Source of the DNA: a virus
Virus record (IMG/VR): IMGVR_UViG_3300045988_182454
Span: 1 to 32,000 of that record
Direction: 5' to 3' (one strand)
Length of the DNA stretch: 32,000 nt
The stretch's first letter is position 1; every line of letters starts with the position of its first letter. Shown here one piece after another: positions 16,809-25,383 of this stretch. Made by a program: the position numbers and the translations under genes. The notes under the pieces are model-generated. The model made no database searches. It worked only from the letters and a program-made list of their open reading frames with translations, and was not told the origin of the DNA.

Positions 16809-17348
16809 ATGGATGCTATAAGATATTTGGATGCTGATACGATTCTTGACTATCTGCACAATTCAAGTGAGACCTATCTCGAGGGACTTATCCCTCAAAG
16901 CTACGGTTTTCCAACAGAAACGGATAGGAGTGTATATGTTCGATTGCTGAAGGTTCCCGTTAGAGATAAAGCGTCCGAAGTATACATGCAAGCTATTCCA
17001 TACAAAGCATTTGAAGGTGACAGCAACCGTCCGATAGAGGAGTTTGGGAAAGATACCAAATTTGAAAAGGTCGGGGTTGTCATTGATTCGTCTCGTCTTT
17101 GGCTTATGGAGCCGCTTTGGCGAATTTGCACTCAAAGTAGGCAGAAGTTCGATGATGCTGATTTTGTGTCTGAATTCTGGGATGCGTTTACCAGAAAGGT
17201 TTTGAAGGAATACGCAGTTGACGCTGGCGTAGAAAAGAGCGAGGCCGTTAAGAATCTGGCAAAACAGTACGCGATTTTGGATATGCTCTCTAAGCGTGAG
17301 AAACCGGTGTATTTCGGCTGTATCGAGAACGCCTTGCAAACTTTATAA
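16809..17348 (+). CDS. Hypothetical protein, probably truncated at its C-terminus by the TnpB element; paralogue of the 19564 gene
   Basis: YLDADTILDYLHNSSETYLEGLI / YVRLLKVPV / EVYMQAI aligns to YLNEESIYQYFHNPNEAFLEGFI / YIKIFKVPV / EIYMQEF. Confidence 0.7.
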   Translation: MDAIRYLDADTILDYLHNSSETYLEGLIPQSYGFPTETDRSVYVRLLKVPVRDKASEVYMQAIPYKAFEGDSNRPIEEFGKDTKFEKVGVVIDSSRLWLMEPLWRICTQSRQKFDDADFVSEFWDAFTRKVLKEYAVDAGVEKSEAVKNLAKQYAILDMLSKREKPVYFGCIENALQTL

Positions 17349-17410
17349 AAACAAGCCGGGAAAACCCACGACTTTAGTCGTGGGATGAAAGGCATTAAGA
17401 ACGGATATAT

Positions 17411-17442
17411 GCTGTCCATTTTGCGGTGGACAGCATTTTTTG
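17411..17442 (+). terminator. Intrinsic terminator inside the LE region
   Basis: TGCTGTCCA-N8-TGGACAGCA-TTTTTT. Confidence 0.75.
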
Positions 17443-17443
17443 T

Positions 17444-17471
17444 TGCAAAAAATTGCGAATGGCATACCATG
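17444..17471 (+). promoter_or_regulatory. TGCGAA-spacer promoter in front of tnpB
   Basis: TTGCAA-AAAATTGCGAATGGCA(16)-TACCAT. Confidence 0.6.
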
Positions 17472-17506
17472 AATAGTAGATTCTAAATGAAAGGGGGCTG
17501 CTGTCT

Positions 17507-18628
17507 ATGCGTCTTGTAATGAAAGCATACAAATATAAACTGTACAATAGTAAGAAAAACAAGTATCTTGTTCAACAGATAGAAATCGCCTCCGAAATTT
17601 GGAATTTCTGCATTGCTATGCGGCGTATGTACTATTTGGTCTATGGCAAAAGTCTCAGCGAGGAAAAGCTGAAAATGTATATTGCCAAAATCAAAAAGCG
17701 CCGCAAGTGGACACGTTGGCGGAATCTCGGCAGTCAAGCTATACAGGATGTAGTGGAGCGCGTTTACCGTGCCTACAAAGCTTATTTTGACAACAAGAAG
17801 AAGGAACATCCTGTTAAGAAGTCACCGCCGAAATTCAAAAAGCGCGAGATGTACAAAAGTTTCACGCTCAAACAGGCTGGCTACAAGTTTGACGGTAAAG
17901 GCGGCATCACAATCAATGATAGAAAATATCGATACTTTGATTCTCGTCCGTTGAAAGGTAAAGTGAAGACCTTAACTGTCAAACGCGACAATTTAGGAGA
18001 TATCTACATCTTTGTCGTCACCCAGGAAGAATGTAATGAAATCCTTCCGCGAGCAGGTAAAGCTGTCGGGATGGATTTCGGCTTAAAGCACTTTCTTAAC
18101 TTGGATGACGGCACCGTGGTAGATTCGTCTGAGTGGTATAAAGCCTCGCTGAAAGAGCTGCAACGGGTACAAAGGCACATTTCTCGCTGTAAACCGGGAA
18201 GCAACAACCGTAAGAAAGCAATCAAGGAGTTGAACCGTATCTATCGAAAGATTTGCAATCAACGCACCGATTGGTTCTTTAAGCTTGCTTACCAACTGAT
18301 AGCGGATTACGCTATCATCTGCATTGAGGACTTAAATCTCAAGGGTATGCAAAAACTCTGGGGACGCAAAATCAATGATATTGCGTTTGGTGAATTTGTC
18401 CAAATCCTCGAATGGGCAGCATCTAACTGCGGCACAGAGGTTGTGAAAATCGACCGCTTTGCGCCGTCAAGCAAATGTTGCAGTCGTTGTGGATACATTT
18501 ACCGAGAACTCACTCTTAAGCAACGCCGATGGGATTGCCCGTCTTGTGGTACACACCACGAGAGAGACGTCAATGCAGCTATTAACATATGTCGTATGGG
18601 ATTAGTTCAAATGGGCTACCCTGCGTAA
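17507..18628 (+). CDS. tnpB: TnpB RNA-guided nuclease
   Basis: RuvC motifs VGMDFGLKHF, CIEDLNLKGM, HERDVNAAINI; zinc ribbon CSRCGY...CPSCG. Confidence 0.93.
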   Translation: MRLVMKAYKYKLYNSKKNKYLVQQIEIASEIWNFCIAMRRMYYLVYGKSLSEEKLKMYIAKIKKRRKWTRWRNLGSQAIQDVVERVYRAYKAYFDNKKKEHPVKKSPPKFKKREMYKSFTLKQAGYKFDGKGGITINDRKYRYFDSRPLKGKVKTLTVKRDNLGDIYIFVVTQEECNEILPRAGKAVGMDFGLKHFLNLDDGTVVDSSEWYKASLKELQRVQRHISRCKPGSNNRKKAIKELNRIYRKICNQRTDWFFKLAYQLIADYAIICIEDLNLKGMQKLWGRKINDIAFGEFVQILEWAASNCGTEVVKIDRFAPSSKCCSRCGYIYRELTLKQRRWDCPSCGTHHERDVNAAINICRMGLVQMGYPA

Positions 18629-18755
18629 TAACCACCGCGCGGATGGGGCACCATTCCGTTACCGAGAGGTGTAAGACTGGGTCAGCCAGCGACCTCGTTG
18701 AAGTAGAATCCCACGATTTCAATCGTGGGAGTGTGTCAAATCCAGTCAGTGTGCT
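18560..18755 (+). ncRNA. Candidate TnpB omega RNA (3' end of tnpB through RE, guide ~18740-18755)
   Basis: Position and RE hairpin typical of IS605 TnpB systems; 5' limit not determined. Confidence 0.55.
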
Positions 18756-18812
18756 TGGCTACTCGAATGCGGTTTGCAAGTAACAGCCGATGTTAAGGAG
18801 GGTATCAACCAA

Positions 18813-19004
18813 ATGTGCAATTACAGCGACTATGTCGAACAAAAAGGAATTGAGAAAGGCCGTATTGAAACGCTTCCCGAAAGTGTTGTAAAACTTGTTC
18901 GCTCCGGCACTCTGACGCTTGATGCGGCATTGGATGTGCTGCAGGTATCTGACGATATCCGTGCTACCGTCAAAGAAAACGCCGAAAAGGCTCTCAATCA
19001 ATAG
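18813..19004 (+). CDS. Small protein, MCNYSDYVEQKGIEKG type
   Basis: ORF after AAGGAGGG RBS. Confidence 0.6.
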   Translation: MCNYSDYVEQKGIEKGRIETLPESVVKLVRSGTLTLDAALDVLQVSDDIRATVKENAEKALNQ

Positions 19005-19049
19005 CATATAATTTTGTCGCTGCCTATGCTGGGGGCAGCGACTTTTTTC

Positions 19050-19077
19050 TTGCCAAAAAATGCGAACGGCATAGAAT
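19050..19077 (+). promoter_or_regulatory. TGCGAA-spacer promoter
   Basis: TTGCCA-AAAAATGCGAACGGCA(16)-TAGAAT. Confidence 0.75.
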
Positions 19078-19081
19078 AGGT

Positions 19082-19187
19082 ATTGTACGATAGATAACAT
19101 CCATATCGAAAGGGTTTTGTGCCTTTCGTACATTCACAATTTCGCTTGAAGAGCGGACTTCTCAATTCTGAGAAGCCCGCTCTTTTT
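19082..19187 (+). ncRNA. Recurring structured leader RNA with terminator (copy 3)
   Basis: ATTGTACGATAGATAACATC...CGAAAGG/CCTTTCG...TTCACAATTTCG; GAGCGG...CCCGCTC-TTTTT. Confidence 0.7.
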
Positions 19188-19216
19188 GCGTCCAACACAA
19201 AAAGGAGCGTAATGAC

Positions 19217-19560
19217 ATGTTTGAAATTTGCAATGACAAGACCTATTTTCTTTTCTGGCCGAAACGACCGCCAAGAACAAAACAATCGAAATCACCCTTG
19301 CAAGGGATAGGCTTTGTGCTTACACGCAGCACCGGGAGGTAGATGCCACTGCGTTTGTCAGTGCTATGTACGACGAAATGCAAATCCGCGACAAGGGTTT
19401 TAGCTAGTTCCATCAGTGTGGCAGCAATCGGGAACAGGACGGATACTACTACGGCTACCAATTTTTTGAGGTTTGGTCTGTGACCGATGAAAGCGATGCG
19501 AAACGCATGGCTGAAATCATTGCCAAGAAAATTGGTACAAATATTGAAAACGGAGGATGA
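19217..19560 (+). pseudogene. Chimeric remnant of the MFEICNDKTYFLAETTAKN gene fused to another coding segment
   Basis: 5-nt insertion frameshift near 19250 relative to 20854 gene; shared through EIT L; in-frame TAG at 19405-19407. Confidence 0.7.
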
Positions 19561-19563
19561 ATT

Positions 19564-20637
19564 ATGGCAGCAATAAAAAACGTGAAATACTTGAACGAAG
19601 AAAGTATTTATCAATATTTTCACAATCCAAACGAAGCTTTTCTCGAAGGCTTTATTGTAGATGAAAACCCCCTTTTCTGCCATCGAAATTGCGAAAGTGG
19701 GGTATATATCAAGATTTTTAAGGTGCCGGTCAACAGTAGAGTTGACGAGATATATATGCAGGAATTTCGGTGGGAAGCGTGGAAAAACGGTTACAACACA
19801 CCGCTTCCCAGTGATTACTCGAACAGTTTCAAAAAAGCCGGTTACAGCATTGACTCTACTCGGTTTTGGAGTTTACCCAGCTATCTCATCAGCGTGTGTC
19901 CAAAGCTTAAAGAAGAGCTGATAGATTATCATCAGCAATTCGAGCAGGCATACTGCAAGAAAATCATTGAAGAATTAAGCTTCTGTCATGCCTTAAGCGA
20001 TGGCAAGGAAACGAATGAGCGGGCGGAACAATATGCTATTTATACCATGCTCGAAGGCAGACCGGTTCACTATAACTTTCTTCTTCTAAACGCGAAAAGT
20101 ATTGTGCGTAATATCAATTATAAGAGCATTGTGAATTACATCATTGACGAGGATGGTTATCTTGAAGCTGCGATGGAAACGCTCAAGGATTATGTGCTAA
20201 GAAGTTTGTCGCTTCAGGGAGCCTGGTATAGCAGACGAGCAAATGAGTTTCCCAAAAGAGTTGCAGCAGCAAGAATGGCTGATAAAATGAGCCCTGCATT
20301 TGTTTTCGATGATAATGAATCACAACGCATTGCAAAAAGCGTGTCTGTATACTGCGCACGGACGCTTGACGCAAGAAAAAATATAACTATCGTAATCGGA
20401 AACGGCAACGGTGAGGGTATCTCTGTCAAGATTTCTTGCAGCAGCTTTTTCTTCTATGAGCCGACCACAAAAGAGGTTTTCATCAATGTTGAATCCGCAA
20501 ACGATGAGGAGCGTAAAAAAATCAATCAATATGTAAAAGAAAACAGTGCCTCGGTCAGCGAGAATCTTGTTCCGCTAAAATTTTTGCAATCCATTATTTC
20601 CTATGGCTGCGAAAAATGGAATCCCAATTATATCTAA
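19564..20637 (+). CDS. Hypothetical protein, full-length paralogue of the 16809 gene
   Basis: ATG after GGAGGATGAATT; alignable N-terminal half. Confidence 0.75.
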   Translation: MAAIKNVKYLNEESIYQYFHNPNEAFLEGFIVDENPLFCHRNCESGVYIKIFKVPVNSRVDEIYMQEFRWEAWKNGYNTPLPSDYSNSFKKAGYSIDSTRFWSLPSYLISVCPKLKEELIDYHQQFEQAYCKKIIEELSFCHALSDGKETNERAEQYAIYTMLEGRPVHYNFLLLNAKSIVRNINYKSIVNYIIDEDGYLEAAMETLKDYVLRSLSLQGAWYSRRANEFPKRVAAARMADKMSPAFVFDDNESQRIAKSVSVYCARTLDARKNITIVIGNGNGEGISVKISCSSFFFYEPTTKEVFINVESANDEERKKINQYVKENSASVSENLVPLKFLQSIISYGCEKWNPNYI

Positions 20638-20685
20638 CGGCATTATAATCTGGTCGCTGCCTATGCTGGGGCAGCGACTTTTTTC

Positions 20686-20713
20686 TTGCCAAAACGTGCG
20701 AATGGCATAGAAT
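20686..20713 (+). promoter_or_regulatory. TGCGAA-spacer promoter
   Basis: TTGCCA-AAACGTGCGAATGGCA(16)-TAGAAT. Confidence 0.75.
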
Positions 20714-20717
20714 AGGT

Positions 20718-20825
20718 ATTGTACGATAGATAACATTCCATATCGAAAGGGTTTTATGCCTTTCGTACATTCACAATTTCGCTTGAAGGGCGGACTTCTC
20801 GATTCTGAGAGGCCCGCTCTTTTTG
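20718..20825 (+). ncRNA. Recurring structured leader RNA with terminator (copy 4)
   Basis: Same architecture as copies 2 and 3; AGGGCGG...CCCGCTCT-TTTTG. Confidence 0.7.
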
Positions 20826-20853
20826 CGTCCAACACAAAAAGGAGCGTAATGAC

Positions 20854-21600
20854 ATGTTTGAAATTTGCAATGACAAGACCTATTTTCTGGCCGAAACGAC
20901 CGCCAAGAACAAAACAATCGAAATCACCCTCGTAAAAGACAGCCACGGTAGTCTTCTGAATGAGCACGAGATTAAGCTTGACCTCTGCCGTGCCGTACTC
21001 GAATTGCAGCGTGGTGGCTACATCGTCACGAAGGTCCGTGCCCTTGACTACGACATCGAGAATGTCGTGGATGTGTTCCATCTGCCGGAGTTTGAGGAGG
21101 CTCGCGAAAACCCGATGCCCGATATTGTATCCGGCGTCATCACCTCGAACTTCGATTCTGGTGCATCGTTCCATCTGCCGTGCAAGGTGAACAAGAAAAC
21201 CCGCGAGGTGTTTGCTGTGGAAGTTCCTGCACAGCCCTGCTACGATGACTCGTTCAGAAACGCAACCGTGAATGTCGATGGCGTTGACCGCAGTCTGCTC
21301 AATCTCACCGACATCGTGAGCGAGTATGACAGCGATGACTACGACGGCGTTCTCGATGCTCTGTATCATGTTCAGGCAAAGAACGATTACTGGGAGAACG
21401 ACGGCGAATCTCTGACGGACCTCATCCACAAATACCGCTGGTATATCCTGAAAGATGCCCTGATGCAGCGTGGCCGCGATGCCGTCACGGATTTCATCGG
21501 CACCGACATCAGCAGCAGCGAGTTCAGCCGTGTCCTCGATGAGACGGAAATGGTGATGCCGGACGAAACCTTCGAGAAATTCTGGGAAAAGTACATCTGA
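20854..21600 (+). CDS. Hypothetical protein
   Basis: MFEICNDKTYFLAETTAKNKTIEI...; AAAAAGGAG RBS. Confidence 0.75.
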   Translation: MFEICNDKTYFLAETTAKNKTIEITLVKDSHGSLLNEHEIKLDLCRAVLELQRGGYIVTKVRALDYDIENVVDVFHLPEFEEARENPMPDIVSGVITSNFDSGASFHLPCKVNKKTREVFAVEVPAQPCYDDSFRNATVNVDGVDRSLLNLTDIVSEYDSDDYDGVLDALYHVQAKNDYWENDGESLTDLIHKYRWYILKDALMQRGRDAVTDFIGTDISSSEFSRVLDETEMVMPDETFEKFWEKYI

Positions 21601-21608
21601 CCAATACC

Positions 21609-21645
21609 AATGCGGTGGGGCAAGACACTCCACCGCATTTTTTCG
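21609..21645 (+). terminator. Intrinsic terminator
   Basis: ATGCGGTGG...CCACCGCAT-TTTTT. Confidence 0.75.
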
Positions 21646-21697
21646 CAAAAATACGCAAACGAACCCACTGTCTAAATCAGACAAGAAGGAGAGCCAT

Positions 21698-22213
21698 ATG
21701 AGCATTTCACCGAAAAACGAAGCATCTCAGAACAACACCGCCAAACGCCGTGACTATATCTCGTGGGACGAGTATTTCATGGGCATTGCGATGCTGTCCG
21801 CGATGCGCAGCAAAGACCCGAACAGTCAGGTGGGCGCATGTATCGTGCGCGACAATAAAATCCTGTCTCTGGGGTACAACGGTATGCCGATTGGCTGCGA
21901 TGACGATATCATGCCTTGGGGCAGGGAAGGAAACGAACTCGAAACCAAGTACATGTATGTCTGCCACTCGGAGTTGAACGCTATCCTCAACGCCGGGAAA
22001 GACCTGCACGGGTCCACGATGTATGTCACGCTCTTTCCGTGCAATGAGTGTGCGAAAGCAATCATTCAGAGCGGGATAAAGCATATCGTGTACCTTGACG
22101 ACAAGTACCGGAATGCGAACAACAATGTTGCTGCACGGCACATGTTCAAGATTGCCGGGGTAGAGACTAAGAAATACGAGCCAAGTGCCCGCAATATTTC
22201 GCTGAATCTGTAA
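21698..22213 (+). CDS. dCMP deaminase-like (ComEB-type)
   Basis: ISWDEYFMGIAMLSAMRSKDPNSQVGACIV, CHSELNAILNA, FPCNECAKAIIQSGI. Confidence 0.9.
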   Translation: MSISPKNEASQNNTAKRRDYISWDEYFMGIAMLSAMRSKDPNSQVGACIVRDNKILSLGYNGMPIGCDDDIMPWGREGNELETKYMYVCHSELNAILNAGKDLHGSTMYVTLFPCNECAKAIIQSGIKHIVYLDDKYRNANNNVAARHMFKIAGVETKKYEPSARNISLNL

Positions 22214-22267
22214 CCATCATAACCTATAACCGGTCTAAAGACCGCCACAAAAATAAGGAGTAGAACA

Positions 22268-22624
22268 ATGAAAATCCATCATACTGTGCTTGGCGTATGC
22301 AGTATCTACGAGGTCGTATCGACACGGCCTTTCGGCTACGAAATCTGGAACATCGGCAAAAACAATGCCCCCGAAGGATATCTGCCGTTCTGCCGCTTGA
22401 GCGCCAGACAGCCATTTCCGGGAGGTCGAACCATTGAAACGGATACTTTGCGGGCCCTCAAGTGCGACGGCTGGGACATCATCCTGGATGCCATCGGCTT
22501 CGGTCCTGGAAATTCCGCCGAGATGAAGAAGTTCATCAAGAAGCACGAACGCAACCCCCGCAAGAGTTGGGAGTGCGAAAGAATGCGTGCCGCTATCCCG
22601 TATCTTGAGAAAATAGGAATGTGA
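22268..22624 (+). CDS. Hypothetical protein
   Basis: ORF with AGGAGTAGAAC upstream. Confidence 0.6.
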   Translation: MKIHHTVLGVCSIYEVVSTRPFGYEIWNIGKNNAPEGYLPFCRLSARQPFPGGRTIETDTLRALKCDGWDIILDAIGFGPGNSAEMKKFIKKHERNPRKSWECERMRAAIPYLEKIGM

Positions 22625-22632
22625 TACCATCG

Positions 22633-22662
22633 AGCCGTCTCCGCATTGGAGGCGGCTTTTTT
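22633..22662 (+). terminator. Intrinsic terminator
   Basis: GCCGTCTCC-GCATT-GGAGGCGGC-TTTTTT. Confidence 0.8.
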
Positions 22663-22705
22663 GTTTATCGTCAGATTCCTGTGTCCGGTAATTTCTCTCT
22701 CAATG

Positions 22706-22733
22706 TTGCATAATCGTGCGAACCGGATACAAT
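22706..22733 (+). promoter_or_regulatory. TGCGAA-spacer promoter
   Basis: TTGCAT-AATCGTGCGAACCGGA(16)-TACAAT. Confidence 0.8.
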
Positions 22734-22770
22734 AGAAAACAACGAGAGAACGCAAAGAGGTGAGAAGATT

Positions 22771-23238
22771 TTGGAACAGCTAGAAATAATCATTCCGGGC
22801 GGTCAGAAACTCTCCGTCCGTGATTTTGTTGAATGGGAATATAACGGCGGTAAGGCGGATTTTCAGCCGGATGAACATTACCCTCTGTGGGGGACTGTTC
22901 CGATTGAAGACAAGCTGCGATATATTGCAATCAGTGTGTTTGGCGATTTGGCGAGTTATGGAAAATACGACAACCGAATCGGCGTTACGGACGGTGAATC
23001 GGAGCATTACTTCTTCTTCACGGTTCAGGGCAAAGATGAAGATATTCTTCTTGCCTTGAATGTCATGCTGAATGTGATATATACGAGCGCAGAGGGGAAA
23101 TGCCGCAAGGAAACCGGCACATCTTTCGCGGAACTGCCCCTGATGCAGAGGTTTGATGCCGTCACCCGATACATCGAAGACGAGTTTGAGACCTGCCTTA
23201 TGATGCTTTCCGATATCCCGTACATGCAGTGGACCTGA
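22771..23238 (+). CDS. Hypothetical protein
   Basis: TTG start after AGAGGTGAG. Confidence 0.6.
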   Translation: MEQLEIIIPGGQKLSVRDFVEWEYNGGKADFQPDEHYPLWGTVPIEDKLRYIAISVFGDLASYGKYDNRIGVTDGESEHYFFFTVQGKDEDILLALNVMLNVIYTSAEGKCRKETGTSFAELPLMQRFDAVTRYIEDEFETCLMMLSDIPYMQWT

Positions 23239-23253
23239 ATTCGTAAAAAGTTG

Positions 23254-23281
23254 TTGCACATTCGTGCGAATTGGGTAAAAT
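23254..23281 (+). promoter_or_regulatory. TGCGAA-spacer promoter
   Basis: TTGCAC-ATTCGTGCGAATTGGG(16)-TAAAAT. Confidence 0.8.
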
Positions 23282-23356
23282 GAAGACTGTAAGGTGAATC
23301 AGTGGGTGAGTTTTTTGCCCGCGTTACGCGAAAAAAGTGAATACTGAATACAAGAA

Positions 23357-23393
23357 GCAAGTTCTTTCGGGAGCTTGCTTCTTTTATTTTGGG
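23357..23393 (+). terminator. Leader terminator upstream of the HTH gene
   Basis: GAAGCAAG...CTTGCTTC-TTTT between promoter and RBS. Confidence 0.65.
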
Positions 23394-23401
23394 AGGTTTC
23401 T

Positions 23402-23920
23402 ATGACGCATAAGAAGTTGCTGGAACGCAATCGAAAAATTACCGATGCACTGCAAAATGGCGCAAAGGTCACGGACCTCGCGCAGGAGCACGGACTCAGC
23501 CCACAAACCGTCTACCATATCGCACAGGCGGAGATGGAGAAGCGGCGGAAAGTGACTTTTACGGAGTGGAAGGACAACCGCAACGACGAGATTCGCAACC
23601 AGTATCAGGAAGGCGTTTCCGCCGAGGAACTGGCAAAAGCTTTTAATCTTAACCGCGCCACGGTTTTTCGTATTCTGAAAGAAGGCGGGGACTCCTACCA
23701 CCGGCACCTCGACACGAAAATCGAGACCTCTACTTTGCGCCGCATTAAAGATTTCAAGCAGGGGTTTGTGGACTACGCGAAGAAGAACCCCAACACGCCG
23801 GTCGAGAACCTTGCTCGGGAATACGGTATCAGTCCCTCTTCCGGATTCAAGTATCTTCATGAGGCCGGTATCTATCGCGGCAAGGGACGCAAAAAGAAGG
23901 CAGCAAAGCCTAAGGGGTGA
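23402..23920 (+). CDS. Tandem-HTH protein (3 HTH-like repeats)
   Basis: Repeats such as RNDEIRNQYQEGVSAEELAKAFNLNRATVFRILKEGG. Confidence 0.7.
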   Translation: MTHKKLLERNRKITDALQNGAKVTDLAQEHGLSPQTVYHIAQAEMEKRRKVTFTEWKDNRNDEIRNQYQEGVSAEELAKAFNLNRATVFRILKEGGDSYHRHLDTKIETSTLRRIKDFKQGFVDYAKKNPNTPVENLAREYGISPSSGFKYLHEAGIYRGKGRKKKAAKPKG

Positions 23921-23926
23921 ACCAGT

Positions 23927-24412
23927 ATGAGGAAAAGGAAAGCAACCCGCAGCGAAATCATCGAACGAAACGAGAAGATTGTAAAGGACTACGAGAACGG
24001 TCTATCGTTTGAGGAACTGTCCGAGAAATACGGGCTTTGCGTCAGGACCTGCTATCGTGCTCTCGATGAAGAACAACAGGCGCAGCGCATTGCGGAAGAA
24101 CAGGACCATGCCAATCTGGTCGATAAAATCGTGGCGGAGTATCAGAAGAATACAGCTGTCCGTGACATTGCCGAAAAGTACGGTGTTTCCATTGGGTATT
24201 GCAGTGCCATTGCTGTTCAGGCCGGAATCAGCAACAAAGAACTCAGTCACCGTCGCATCACCCGCCGTCAGCAAAAACGCAACGATGAAATCTTCGAGAA
24301 ATACCAAAACGGCATCGACGCCAAAGACCTCGCTAAGGCATACCATTATTCCTTGCCGGGTATTTACAGTATCATCCGGCGTGTCCGTAAACAGAAATGT
24401 AAAAGAGACTGA
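23927..24412 (+). CDS. Tandem-HTH protein (3 HTH-like repeats)
   Basis: ERNEKIVKDYENGLSFEELSEKYGLCVRTCYRAL and two more. Confidence 0.7.
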   Translation: MRKRKATRSEIIERNEKIVKDYENGLSFEELSEKYGLCVRTCYRALDEEQQAQRIAEEQDHANLVDKIVAEYQKNTAVRDIAEKYGVSIGYCSAIAVQAGISNKELSHRRITRRQQKRNDEIFEKYQNGIDAKDLAKAYHYSLPGIYSIIRRVRKQKCKRD

Positions 24413-24468
24413 GTCCCTTGCATGATGCTGCAGGGGGCTTTTTTCTTTTTATGAGGGAGGGAAATTAA

Positions 24469-25383
24469 GTGAACGAGAATGAACGGGCATTGCTTCGGTA
24501 TGTAGTGGAAGGGGATATTCGGAAATCTCAGCAGCAGGCGAAAATCGTGTTGGAGGGGCTTACTACTGTCAAGGACAAAGCATTCAAGGAAACCTGTCTG
24601 CGAACACTTGCAAGTAAAAGTCCTACACTCATCGAACTGCCGTATAACCTGCAGGGGCTTTTGGTCGCGGAGGATTCGAGCGTTTTCCGAGAAGACCGGT
24701 TCCTCATCCGAGACAGCGAGAAGGCGGTCATTGATAAAATGTGCAAGACGCGCCGTGCTGCGCTGCGGTTACAGGAGATGGGGATTCACTATACGAGTTC
24801 TCTTTTACTCATGGGCGAGCCGGGAACCGGAAAGACTGAGTTGGCGCGATATATCGCTTATACGACGAACCTTCCTTTCGTGTACACGAATTTCTCCGGT
24901 ATGGTGAATTCCGCTCTGGGCAAAACACAGAAAAATATCGGTATGGTATTCGACTATGCAAGAAAAAGTCCGTGCGTGCTCTGCCTCGATGAGATTGACG
25001 CTATCGGGACACGGCGCGGCGGCAAGGACGATGTTGCGGAGATGAACCGTGTGACGATTGCCATGATGCAGGAACTTGACCGACTCGGCAACGACATCAT
25101 CCTTATCGGGACCACGAATCGTCCCGATACTCTGGACGATGCTCTGTTCCGGCGTTTCACCTTTGGGCATACGGTAAGACCTCTGTGCCGGGACGATGCG
25201 CGTACCCTCGCAAGGCTGTTCTTTGCATCAGTAGGGTATTCGGCATCCGAAACGGAAATTGAATCGCTGCTCAATGACACTTCACAGTATTATACCGCAA
25301 GCAAAATCACGAATCTTTGCATCGACCATATCATCGACTGGGTTGCAAGTCAGGAGGTTACATCATGCATCGGAAAAGTTTGA
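24469..25383 (+). CDS. AAA+ ATPase (FtsH/CDC48-type AAA module)
   Basis: GEPGTGKTEL, VLCLDEIDAIG, LIGTTNRPDTLDDALFRRF. Confidence 0.9.
   Translation: MNENERALLRYVVEGDIRKSQQQAKIVLEGLTTVKDKAFKETCLRTLASKSPTLIELPYNLQGLLVAEDSSVFREDRFLIRDSEKAVIDKMCKTRRAALRLQEMGIHYTSSLLLMGEPGTGKTELARYIAYTTNLPFVYTNFSGMVNSALGKTQKNIGMVFDYARKSPCVLCLDEIDAIGTRRGGKDDVAEMNRVTIAMMQELDRLGNDIILIGTTNRPDTLDDALFRRFTFGHTVRPLCRDDARTLARLFFASVGYSASETEIESLLNDTSQYYTASKITNLCIDHIIDWVASQEVTSCIGKV

Larger units (their letters stand above)
17347..18739 (+). mobile_element. IS605/IS1341-type TnpB element without tnpA
   Basis: LE hairpin CCCACGACTTTAGTCGTGGG (17364-17383), RE hairpin CCCACGATTTCAATCGTGGG (18710-18729), TTTAT immediately left, TCAA at right end. 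Confidence 0.85.
19016..19298 (+). repeat. Direct repeat copy A (terminator-promoter-leader-gene start)
   Basis: Near-identical to 20653-20930. Confidence 0.9.
20653..20930 (+). repeat. Direct repeat copy B
   Basis: Near-identical to 19016-19298. Confidence 0.9.

Noticed and set aside
19405-19407. In-frame TAG as possible stop-codon recoding
   Set aside because: The same remnant has a 5-nt frameshift and a chimeric junction; the HAD gene ends normally in TAG, so decay is simpler
21643-21690. Possible further TGCGAA-type promoter (TTCGCAAAAATACGCAAACGAACC) before dCMP deaminase
   Set aside because: No convincing -10 at 16-bp spacing; at best a degraded copy
20575-21705. 376-aa minus-strand ORF
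   Set aside because: Antisense to the 20854 gene, the leader RNA and the terminator; its resemblance to the 19243 minus ORF comes only from the DNA duplication
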